Below, one piece after another: positions 33,495 through 40,338 of a stretch of DNA of 42,021 nucleotides (within the stretch, counting starts at the first letter, position 1; every line of letters begins with the position of its first letter). Location: assembly GCA_020061125.1 (NCBI GenBank), contig JAGUYV010000078.1:1-42021 (forward strand). Reading direction: 5' to 3'. The notes beneath the pieces were generated by a model, which was not told the DNA's origin, searched no databases, and was given only the letters and a program-made list of their open reading frames with translations. Both the position numbers and the translations under genes were made by a program. This DNA is from a bacterium. Its GTDB lineage: Bacteria; UBP15; UBA6099; DSWB01.

Positions 33495-35270
33495 TCACTT
33501 TTTTGCGACTGCCTTTTTAGGCCGCGCCGCGGGCTGTTCGCCCTCGCGCACGATGGCGCCGAACCCGCACACCTGCGCGCACACGCCGCAGCCGTTGCAC
33601 AGGAAATTATTCACGAACGCCTTGCCTCCGCGCCGGGTCAGCGCCGGGCAGTTGATGCGCAGGCACGACCCGCACTCCGTGCAGAGGTCCTCGTGCACCA
33701 CGAACGGCGTCTTCTTTTTCTGCCGGGTCATGAGCGGACACGGCGCGCTGGAGATGATCACCGACGGCTCCTCGATTTCGAGTTCCCGTTTCAGCACCGC
33801 CCGCGTTTCCTTGATTTTGAATGGGTCCACCACGAACACGCGCTCGATGCCGAGCGCCTTGACCACGGCCGCGATGTCCACGGCTTTGGTCGGCTCGCCC
33901 TTGATGGTGAAGCCCGTGGCCGGGTGCTGCTGGCCGCCGGTCATGGCCGTGGTGCGGTTGTCCAGCACGGCAACGGTGTTCACGCCCTTGTTGTACGCCA
34001 TGTTCAGCACGCCGGTGAGGCCCGAGTGCAGGAAGGTGGAGTCGCCGAGCACGCCGATGGACTTCTGTTTCTTGTCGGCGCCTACGCGGCTGTAGCCGTG
34101 GGACACGCCGATGCTGGCGCCCATACAGACGCAGGCGTCGTGCATGCTCAACGGGGGCAGCACGCCCAGGGTGTAGCACCCGATGTCGCCGAACACAATG
34201 GGCTTGAGGGGCTTGGCCGCGGTATAGAACCCGCGGTGCGGGCAGCCCGCGCACAGGTTGGGAGGGCGCTGCGGCAGTTTGGAGGTGTCTTCAACGGGGT
34301 GGCGCTTGCGCTTCTTGCCGAAACCCTCGCGCACCACATCTGGGTTCAGCTCGTCCATCACGGGCAGCGCGGCCTTGCCCGTAACAGCCACGCCCAAGGC
34401 TTTGATCTGGTCTTCCATGAACGGCTCAAGCTCTTCCACCACGAAAACCTTGTCAACGCCGCGCGCGAACTTTTTGATCAATTTTTCCGGCAGGGGATGC
34501 GTCATGCCGAGCTTGAGGAATGATGCGTCCGGAAACACCTCGCGCGCATACTGGAACGCGACCCCGGCGCTGATCACGCCAAGGTTGCGGCTTCCCTTGA
34601 TGATCGTGTTCATGGGAGTGGTCTCGCTGTATTGCGCGAGGCGCCCCATGCGCTCGACCACGAACCGGTGGCGCATGCGTGCGAAGGCCGGCACCATGAC
34701 ATACTTCTGCGGGTTGCGCACGAACTCCTTCTGCTTCACGGCCTTGCGGCGGCCCATGGAAACCAGGGTGCGCGAGTGGCTCACGCGGGTGGTCACGCGC
34801 ACCATCACCGGCGTGTCGAACGCTTCGCTGATCTCGTACGCGAGCTTGATTAAATCCAGGGCTTCCTGGCTGTCGGAAGGTTCGAGCATGGGAACCTTTG
34901 CCAGGCGCGCGTAGTAGCGGTTGTCCTGCTCGTTCTGCGAGCTGTGCATGGACGGGTCGTCCGCACACAGCAGAACCAGGCCGCCGTTCACGCCCACATA
35001 GCTCAAGGTGCAGAACGGATCCGCGGCCACATTCAGCCCCACATGCTTCATGCACGCCAGGGCGCGCACGCCTCCGAGGGACGCGCCAATGGCCGACTCC
35101 AGCGCCACCTTCTCATTGGGCGCCCACTCGGCCTTGACCTCGTCATACTGCGCTATGGTTTCCGTGATCTCGGTGCTGGGCGTTCCAGGATACGCGGCGG
35201 CGAAACCCACGCCCGCCTCCCAGGCGCCCCGCGCCACGGCTTCATTTCCTGTCAGCAACACTTTTTTCAT
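33495..35270 (-). CDS. iorA: Indolepyruvate ferredoxin oxidoreductase alpha subunit
   Basis: MKKVLLTGNEAVARGAWEAGV N-terminus and a TPP-binding region (GDSTFLHSG). Two C-terminal 4Fe-4S motifs: CTECGSCLRINCP and CNGCGVCAQVCG. Confidence 0.9.
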   Translation of the reverse strand: MKKVLLTGNEAVARGAWEAGVGFAAAYPGTPSTEITETIAQYDEVKAEWAPNEKVALESAIGASLGGVRALACMKHVGLNVAADPFCTLSYVGVNGGLVLLCADDPSMHSSQNEQDNRYYARLAKVPMLEPSDSQEALDLIKLAYEISEAFDTPVMVRVTTRVSHSRTLVSMGRRKAVKQKEFVRNPQKYVMVPAFARMRHRFVVERMGRLAQYSETTPMNTIIKGSRNLGVISAGVAFQYAREVFPDASFLKLGMTHPLPEKLIKKFARGVDKVFVVEELEPFMEDQIKALGVAVTGKAALPVMDELNPDVVREGFGKKRKRHPVEDTSKLPQRPPNLCAGCPHRGFYTAAKPLKPIVFGDIGCYTLGVLPPLSMHDACVCMGASIGVSHGYSRVGADKKQKSIGVLGDSTFLHSGLTGVLNMAYNKGVNTVAVLDNRTTAMTGGQQHPATGFTIKGEPTKAVDIAAVVKALGIERVFVVDPFKIKETRAVLKRELEIEEPSVIISSAPCPLMTRQKKKTPFVVHEDLCTECGSCLRINCPALTRRGGKAFVNNFLCNGCGVCAQVCGFGAIVREGEQPAARPKKAVAKK

Positions 35271-35654
35271 GAATCGGAACAGTCCTTTGTTTTTTGTAAC
35301 GCCCGCGTGCGGGCGCCCCGCGGCAATTTAAAAATACTATATCAATAAGAAAGACGCCGCCAGCATGTTAAAAACTAATTTATTGGCCCCAAACCCGAGA
35401 TTCAATAATTTTTTCAAAGATGAGCGATGAAAATGGCCGCGCCGGGGCGGGGTATCACATAAAACAGAACATGGAAAACGATGACCGTCCACGCTACGCC
35501 GGAATTTCATCCCAAATTCGCCGTTGGAATTTGGGTGGCAATCGCAAGAAGGCATGAGACGCAAGGCAGCAGGCGCATTTTTGCAGTGAATAGCTCTGCG
35601 GTTCATGAACAAATGCGCCGGTAACGCAGCGAATCGTGCCTTGTTGCGATTGCA

Positions 35655-35690
35655 GGATTCGTCAAATCTTTCGCTTCTATTGACGAATCC
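35655..35690. promoter_or_regulatory. Perfect 11-bp inverted repeat GGATTCGTCAA-N14-TTGACGAATCC
   Basis: Read directly in the 0.7-kb low-GC non-coding region upstream of iorA. It could be a protein-binding site or an RNA hairpin. Confidence 0.4.
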
Positions 35691-35820
35691 GGGTTCATGC
35701 GGGAATGGCGCAAAGGATTACAGTCATGTTGGGCGGCATGATGCGCGGAACCGGAACAACGGATTGCATGCCATGATGACTTCATCGTTCCGGCAATCCT
35801 GGAATGCATTTAAAAAAATA

Positions 35821-35859
35821 CCGTGAAGCGCCACAATGGGTAGTCCCGGCGCATCACGG
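35821..35859. terminator. Probable bidirectional terminator downstream of the XRE gene
   Basis: CCGTGAaGCGCC-(15-nt loop)-GGCGCaTCACGG, flanked by an A-run (35812-35818) and a T-run (35864-35870). Confidence 0.5.
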
Positions 35860-35997
35860 ATTGTTTTTTTCCCGATAGGCTAGCTGAAATTAGCGATCAA
35901 TTAATTCCAACTAAAGAACGGCCATGTTCAGACACGGCGCAATCCCTCGGAAGGCAAATGTCCGAACAGATTCACATTGCGGGCGACGGCGGCCTGA

Positions 35998-36282
35998 TCA
36001 GACCTTTTTGCCGGAGCCTTTTTTGCGGCCGCGCTTGCGCGGCTCGGGGCGCGTCTTCTTGATTTTGACATCTTCGCCCACGGCCTTTTTGGCCATGGTC
36101 TTCAGATCGATGTCATAAAGCTCGGAGAACACGTAAGCCGCTTTGAGCGAAAGTTTGCGCTCATTGCGCTCGATCCTGGAGATCGTGGTCTTGTCGAGCG
36201 AGTCGCCGCTCATTTCCACGATGTCCCGGATGGTGAGCCCCTGTTTGAGCCTCTGGTTTCTGATGTACTTTCCGAAATCCAT
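35998..36282 (-). CDS. XRE-family helix-turn-helix regulator with Lys/Arg-rich C-terminal tail
   Basis: IRNQRLKQGLTIRDIVEMSG...TISRIERNERKLSL is a Cro/C1-type HTH. The C-terminal tail is KIKKTRPEPRKRGRKKGSGKKV. GAAGGG SD. Confidence 0.8.
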   Translation of the reverse strand: MDFGKYIRNQRLKQGLTIRDIVEMSGDSLDKTTISRIERNERKLSLKAAYVFSELYDIDLKTMAKKAVGEDVKIKKTRPEPRKRGRKKGSGKKV

Positions 36283-36412
36283 GGTATCACCCTTCTTTCT
36301 GTAATAGTGCCCTATGTTAACCGTGCGCCCGCGCAGACCCCGGGCCGAGGCGCGGACGATTCCGGTTTAACCCGATGCGAATCTAACTGTCAGAGTTTCG
36401 GATTGTCTCCTA

Positions 36413-36486
36413 TGCGCCCGAGGCGATTCGAACGCCTGGCCTTGAGTTCCGGAGACTCACGCTCTATCCAACTGAGCTACGGGCGC
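36413..36486 (-). tRNA. tRNA-Arg (anticodon CCG)
   Basis: The minus strand reads GCGCCCGTAGCTCAGTTGGATAGAGCGTGAGTCTCCGGAACTCAAGGCCAGGCGTTCGAATCGCCTCGGGCGCA. It folds as a 7-bp acceptor stem, D arm GCTC/GAGC, anticodon stem TGAGT/ACTCA with loop CTCCGGA, and a T arm AGGCG-TTCGAAT-CGCCT. Length 74 nt; CCA is not encoded. Confidence 0.9.
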
Positions 36487-36550
36487 GATTTTGATATATG
36501 CTTCCGCTGCTTGCGCAGGCGTTCGCGTGTTGCCCGGCTTCTGCCGGGGG

Positions 36551-36739
36551 TCAAGCCTGTATGTTCACAATGCGGCCCACGCCGAACACGCTGATATCCG
36601 GCACCTTCAGCGGCTTCTGCGCAATAGCCTGCTGCTCGGCGCTGGCCTGCAATGTCGCCATCATCACACTGGCCTGGGCGCCGGGCGTTCCGTTCGTGAA
36701 TACCCCTGGGCTGTATGGCCCAACTTCCGTGGTTGACAT
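36551..36739 (-). CDS. Small protein (62 aa), possibly YjfB-like putative motility protein family
   Basis: Strong GGAGGAG SD 6 nt upstream of the ATG, plus its own TTGACA-N16-TATAAA promoter. The sequence ...AQASVMMATLQASAEQQAIAQ...GVGRIVNIQA loosely resembles the YjfB family pattern. This is recalled from memory, not searched. Confidence 0.5.
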   Translation of the reverse strand: MSTTEVGPYSPGVFTNGTPGAQASVMMATLQASAEQQAIAQKPLKVPDISVFGVGRIVNIQA

Positions 36740-36788
36740 GCCTGACTCCTCCGGGAATCAATTGTCTACAGCCTTGTTAGTAGTAGTG

Positions 36789-36831
36789 CCAGCTTGATTT
36801 TATAAAGTATTGCAAAACCTTGTCAAGCTGG
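36789..36831 (-). promoter_or_regulatory. Sigma-70-type promoter (TTGACA-N16-TATAAA) enclosed by a perfect 9-bp inverted repeat
   Basis: On the minus strand, TTGACA is at 36826-36821 and TATAAA at 36804-36799. The inverted-repeat arms are CCAGCTTGA (36789-36797) and TCAAGCTGG (36823-36831). They overlap the -35 box and the transcription start region. Confidence 0.5.
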
Positions 36832-36943
36832 ATGCCAAAACTTTACCGCCTACGGGTATCATACATGAAACCGGAGCCGGATGGAACAAAAAAGATTTGC
36901 GCCAAGCCTTTAGAGCAACAATTTCCGCCCTGTCGCGTTTCGG

Positions 36944-37513
36944 CTATTTCGCGGCCGGCGCCTTTTTGGCCGCCTTCTTTTTGGCGGGCGCCTTCTTGGC
37001 CGGAGCTTTTTTGGCCGCGGGCGCGGCTTTCTTTTTGGCCGTGGCCTTGGCTGCGGCCTTTTTGCGTCCCGGCCCCTTTTTGGGGCCTGTCTTCCTGGCG
37101 GGCGCGGCTTTGTCCGCTCCCGCGATCAGCTTGTATTCGCCGGGCGCGGTCTTCTGAAACTTGCCGCTGTTGTTGAGTGAAACAGTTATGACCGCATAAA
37201 AGTTCTTAGCGCGCGTTTTTACATTTTTGTCCTTGAGCAAAATATTCTTGATGTCGGTGACCTTCATGGGGCCGCCGCCGTGTTCTTTGACAATTTCCTC
37301 GATCTGATCAATGAGGGGTCTTCGTTTGGCGCCGCCCTTGCTGGTGAGCGAGGCCGTCTTGCGGCTCACCGCGCCGATCTCCTTGTCGAGATCCAGCAAC
37401 GCCCTGTCGAGGCGCTCCACTTCTTTTTCGAGCTTGGCGATCCGGCGCGCGAACCGGTCCATTCCCGTTGCTTCCTGCAGATCTTTTTTCAAGCGTGACG
37501 TCAGGCTGGCCAT
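36944..37513 (-). CDS. Histone H1-like / nucleoid-associated-type protein: coiled coil + HARE-HTH-like winged helix + AKKA-repeat tail
   Basis: N-terminal heptads FARRIAKLEKEVERLDRALLDLDKEI. The middle region LIDQIEEIVKEHGGGPMKVTDIKNILL...SGKFQKTAPGEYKL matches the HARE-HTH pattern. The C-terminal tail is KKGPGRKKAAAKATAKKKAAPAAKKAPAKKAPAKKKAAKKAPAAK. An ATG at 37513 has AGGTGA 8 nt upstream; the ORF-track start at 37525 is a GTG. Confidence 0.75.
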   Translation of the reverse strand: MASLTSRLKKDLQEATGMDRFARRIAKLEKEVERLDRALLDLDKEIGAVSRKTASLTSKGGAKRRPLIDQIEEIVKEHGGGPMKVTDIKNILLKDKNVKTRAKNFYAVITVSLNNSGKFQKTAPGEYKLIAGADKAAPARKTGPKKGPGRKKAAAKATAKKKAAPAAKKAPAKKAPAKKKAAKKAPAAK

Positions 37514-37714
37514 AGGCTTTTTCACCTTTCATTCATATTATGAACCGGGTTCATTATACCCTTGCGCTTTGAATAACGCAATAATATGGAACAATTTACT
37601 ATATCGCATACCCGCGCCGGTTAATTGGCGCCTCCGCCGCCCCGCGCAATAACAGCGGCACGGCATTTAATAATCCTGTGCGCCGCAATGCGCGGGCACG
37701 CGCCCGGCCCGGCA

Positions 37715-38494
37715 TTACTCGCTGAACATTGAGCGCGGCAGATTGAGCATTATGTAGGATATATTCTTTTCGTTTAATTCGACGGCGATCTTTTTTTGCT
37801 CGCCGATGAGCACGGGAATTAGCCAGCGGTAAAGGCTGCCTGTGTTCACATCCGAAGCATTGGGCCTGAACCAGTCCACCCACAGCACGTAACTGCCCTC
37901 GGGAATGCCCGAAACGGAGAACACCCCGTTGTCAATATCCGTGAAGCCCGCGCTTATGGTGAAGCCCGCAAGGGCCTGCTCCATGCCAAGACCGCAACTG
38001 CCGTAATCGTCCGAGGAGGCGCATGCGATGCTTTTTTTCGCGGCCAGGGGTTTGTTGGCCAATGCGATCACGCCGTCTCTCATGGCTGCGGCTTCCTTGG
38101 GAGCATCGGAGGGGATATGATCCAGTGATAAAATCCTGACCGGAATTTTGAGCGCCTTTTCGATTCTGCCGTCGGCGAATTTCACATAGACCTGTCCGGT
38201 GATCCTGCCGGGGCCGAAGAGCGCGGCCAGGGAGTCGCTGACGCAAAGATCCATGCATGCCATTCCTTCGGAACGGGGAATCACGCCATCCTGGATGCGT
38301 TCCACGCACCCCACATAACAATTCTGTGTCATGAGCGCCCTTTGAATATCCTCTCTGGAAAGAGACTTCTCGGCCGCGGGGGCAGGCTGCGCTTTAGCTT
38401 CGGTTGCTTTTGCGTGTGCGGCCGGAGCCATGGCCAGAACCATGCACAGCGCAGCGGCGCCAATGAGTCCAAACTTGTTGAACAAATTTTTCAT
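37715..38494 (-). CDS. Exported Cys-rich hypothetical protein with C-terminal carboxypeptidase-regulatory-like beta-sandwich
   Basis: The ATG at 38494 is preceded by GGAGAA. Signal peptide MKNLFNKFGLIGAAALCMVLAMAPAAHA. Three Cys pairs are present (CYVGC, CMDLC, CASSDDYGSC). GVFSVSGIPEGSYVLWVDW resembles CarboxypepD_reg-type strands. Confidence 0.7.
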   Translation of the reverse strand: MKNLFNKFGLIGAAALCMVLAMAPAAHAKATEAKAQPAPAAEKSLSREDIQRALMTQNCYVGCVERIQDGVIPRSEGMACMDLCVSDSLAALFGPGRITGQVYVKFADGRIEKALKIPVRILSLDHIPSDAPKEAAAMRDGVIALANKPLAAKKSIACASSDDYGSCGLGMEQALAGFTISAGFTDIDNGVFSVSGIPEGSYVLWVDWFRPNASDVNTGSLYRWLIPVLIGEQKKIAVELNEKNISYIMLNLPRSMFSE

Positions 38495-38572
38495 GTCGTT
38501 CTCCAATTCAATATTGCACGGGCAAATTCAAGTTTATTGACAAGAGTATGCGGATGTCAACATATGCGCCGC

Positions 38573-39883
38573 TCACCGTTCATCGCTCGGAAGCTTGATG
38601 CGAGCCAGCGCCCGCGCGCGCACGATCTCGAGTTCGCTGTTGAGCTCCGTGTCAGCAGGGTCCAGCAAAGCGGCCGCATGCAGGTACGGCAATGCGCGGT
38701 CCGGTCTGCCGAAACGATCAAACGCAGCGCCGATCTTACGCAGCCATTCAACGCGCTCCGGGTCCGTGTACAGGGCGTCCAACAGCGCGGCCGCATTGCC
38801 CGCGTCCGCGGCGTCCAGCATGCACTGCTTCCAGTCGAACGGAATAGCTGGCTGCTGCGCATTATCGGCAGCGCGCGCCTTTTCCTGCATTTCTCGCACG
38901 CCGCACAGCGCTTCCCTGGCACGGACATGCAGCGGATCGGTCTCGATGGCCTTTTCGAGCAGAGCCGCGGCGCCGTCCGCATCCTGAAACGCTTCCATGC
39001 GCGTGATCGCCGCCACGGTCTGAATTTCGGGATCTCCCGGATGTTGCGAGGCAAGTTCCAAAGCCGCTGCCGCGGCCTGCAAATATTCCTTGCTTTTGCG
39101 CAAAGTGTTCACGGCTTCGAGTCCGCCCTGCGCTTCTTTAGTCTCACGGCGAGCGCGAGTCATCAGCGGGGCGATGGCGTCGAGCGCTTCGGCGCGGGTT
39201 TCGAGACTCTGCGGGTTGGCTTCCGAGTTCAGTATGTATGCGAGGTTCAACTCCCGGACCGCGCGCACGGGCGCGCCGCTTTGCAGGAGCGCGGTCCCGA
39301 GCCGGATGTGAAAGGAAACGCTGCCCGGCGCCAGCAGTACGCAGGCTTCCATGGCCTGCGCGGCAATGTCGAACCGGCCGGCTTCAAACGCCGCGGCCGA
39401 CTGGATGACCCGCAAATCCGGCCTGCCGGGGCTTATGGCCACGGCGCGCGACGCGGCCACCATCGCCATATCGAGCGTGGCTGTTGCCGCGGCTGCGGGA
39501 TCCGTGCGCCGGCTGGATAACAGGGCCGCGGCCGACTGCGCATGCGCGTCCGCAAGATCCGGCGCAAGCCCCAGGGCCGCTCCGAAACTGTCAAGAGCCA
39601 AGTCGAATTCCTGCCGGTCCATGGCCGCAATCCCGGCCAGGTAATGGCCCAGGGGATCCTCGGGATGCGCGGCCACATAGGCACGGATGCGCGCGGGCAT
39701 AACCTCGATGCGGCCTTTGAGCGTCATGGATTCATATCCGGCCGCAAGCGCCTGGAACTCCGCGCTCACGGGATAATCCGGCAAATCCGCCGCAAGCGCT
39801 GGAGACACAAAAACAATCAACAGCGCCGTGGCCGCCGCCAGCGCGCATGCAATCCGTGTTTTCAACGCCAAGCGTGTTTTCAT
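38573..39883 (-). CDS. Exported tetratricopeptide (TPR) repeat protein
   Basis: Signal peptide MKTRLALKTRIACALAAATALLIVFVSPALA, followed by Ala/Leu-rich repeats of about 34 residues. An alternative ATG at 39925 cannot be excluded. Confidence 0.8.
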   Translation of the reverse strand: MKTRLALKTRIACALAAATALLIVFVSPALAADLPDYPVSAEFQALAAGYESMTLKGRIEVMPARIRAYVAAHPEDPLGHYLAGIAAMDRQEFDLALDSFGAALGLAPDLADAHAQSAAALLSSRRTDPAAAATATLDMAMVAASRAVAISPGRPDLRVIQSAAAFEAGRFDIAAQAMEACVLLAPGSVSFHIRLGTALLQSGAPVRAVRELNLAYILNSEANPQSLETRAEALDAIAPLMTRARRETKEAQGGLEAVNTLRKSKEYLQAAAAALELASQHPGDPEIQTVAAITRMEAFQDADGAAALLEKAIETDPLHVRAREALCGVREMQEKARAADNAQQPAIPFDWKQCMLDAADAGNAAALLDALYTDPERVEWLRKIGAAFDRFGRPDRALPYLHAAALLDPADTELNSELEIVRARALARIKLPSDER

Positions 39884-40065
39884 ATTGACCAAATTATAGC
39901 GGCGAACGGCAAACCGCAAACGCATTGCGCAACGAACGCTTTTTTTTCCGGCAAGAGCACTCCCAACAATCGCTGTAAAAAAATTTCACCGCGCCGGAAC
40001 ATTTTCCCGAATCGCGCTATTATTATTCGTGATGCCGCGAGCAGGAAACACACGGCTCAAGGGAT

Positions 40066-40094
40066 TTGTCTCATGTCCTGCGGCACATTATAAT
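40066..40094 (+). promoter_or_regulatory. Sigma-70-type promoter (TTGTCT-N17-TATAAT)
   Basis: TTGTCT at 40066-40071, a 17-nt spacer, and TATAAT at 40089-40094. The predicted start is near 40101. Confidence 0.5.
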
Positions 40095-40143
40095 GAGAGC
40101 AATAAATCTAAAATTACAGAGCTTTGAAAAGGGGGTGGAAACC

Positions 40144-40224
40144 ATGTTCACGCACAAATGGATGCTTCGGGCGACGGCCCACTGCAAAGAGGGTTGTTCA
40201 AGCTGGTCCCGGGCACGACCCTAA
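40144..40224 (+). CDS. Candidate 26-aa small peptide (MFTHKWMLRATAHCKEGCSSWSRARP)
   Basis: Own translation; the ORF is below the ORF-track size cutoff. A purine-rich SD, AAGGGGGTGG (40129-40138), lies 5 nt before the ATG. The ORF sits between a good promoter and an intrinsic terminator. It could instead be non-coding (riboswitch or sRNA). Confidence 0.3.
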   Translation: MFTHKWMLRATAHCKEGCSSWSRARP

Positions 40225-40251
40225 ACTGCCTGCAACCCGGAAAAACACAAG

Positions 40252-40282
40252 AGCGGGGAACCAATGGTTCCCCGCTTTTTGT
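40252..40282 (+). terminator. Rho-independent terminator/attenuator between the small ORF and the radical SAM gene
   Basis: AGCGGGGAACC-AAT-GGTTCCCCGCT: an 11-bp stem followed by TTTTGT. Confidence 0.7.
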
Positions 40283-40338
40283 ATGCCCGGATCCGGCGCC
40301 CGTTCCCCCATCATCAAACACCGCATATAATGTTACGC

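Noticed and set aside
35605-35826. The 73-aa plus-strand ORF ending at the 35821-35870 terminator, and a 16-codon ORF at about 35726.
   Set aside because: No SD for the first, and its sequence is Asn/Arg-rich and low in complexity. The second is very short with only a weak AAGGA. The terminator is equally well explained by the minus-strand XRE gene.
40101-40282. Calling the leader RNA a cobalamin or c-di-GMP-I riboswitch.
   Set aside because: Only short fragments resemble the consensus, and I could not find a B12 box (AGYCMGGAGACCKGCC-like). The match is too weak to claim without a covariance-model scan, so it is reported only as an unclassified candidate.
36413-40330. An integrative genomic island at tRNA-Arg.
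   Set aside because: Lower GC and basic DNA-binding proteins are suggestive. However, there is no integrase, excisionase or mobility gene, and I could not find a direct repeat of the tRNA 3' end in the window.
40124-40338. The 68-aa ORF at 40124-40330 and the 5' extension of the radical SAM ORF from 40264.
   Set aside because: Both read straight through the 11-bp terminator hairpin, and the 40264 ATG sits in the hairpin loop. The first starts with a TTG. rSAM homology starts at MKVLFAHLG (40339).
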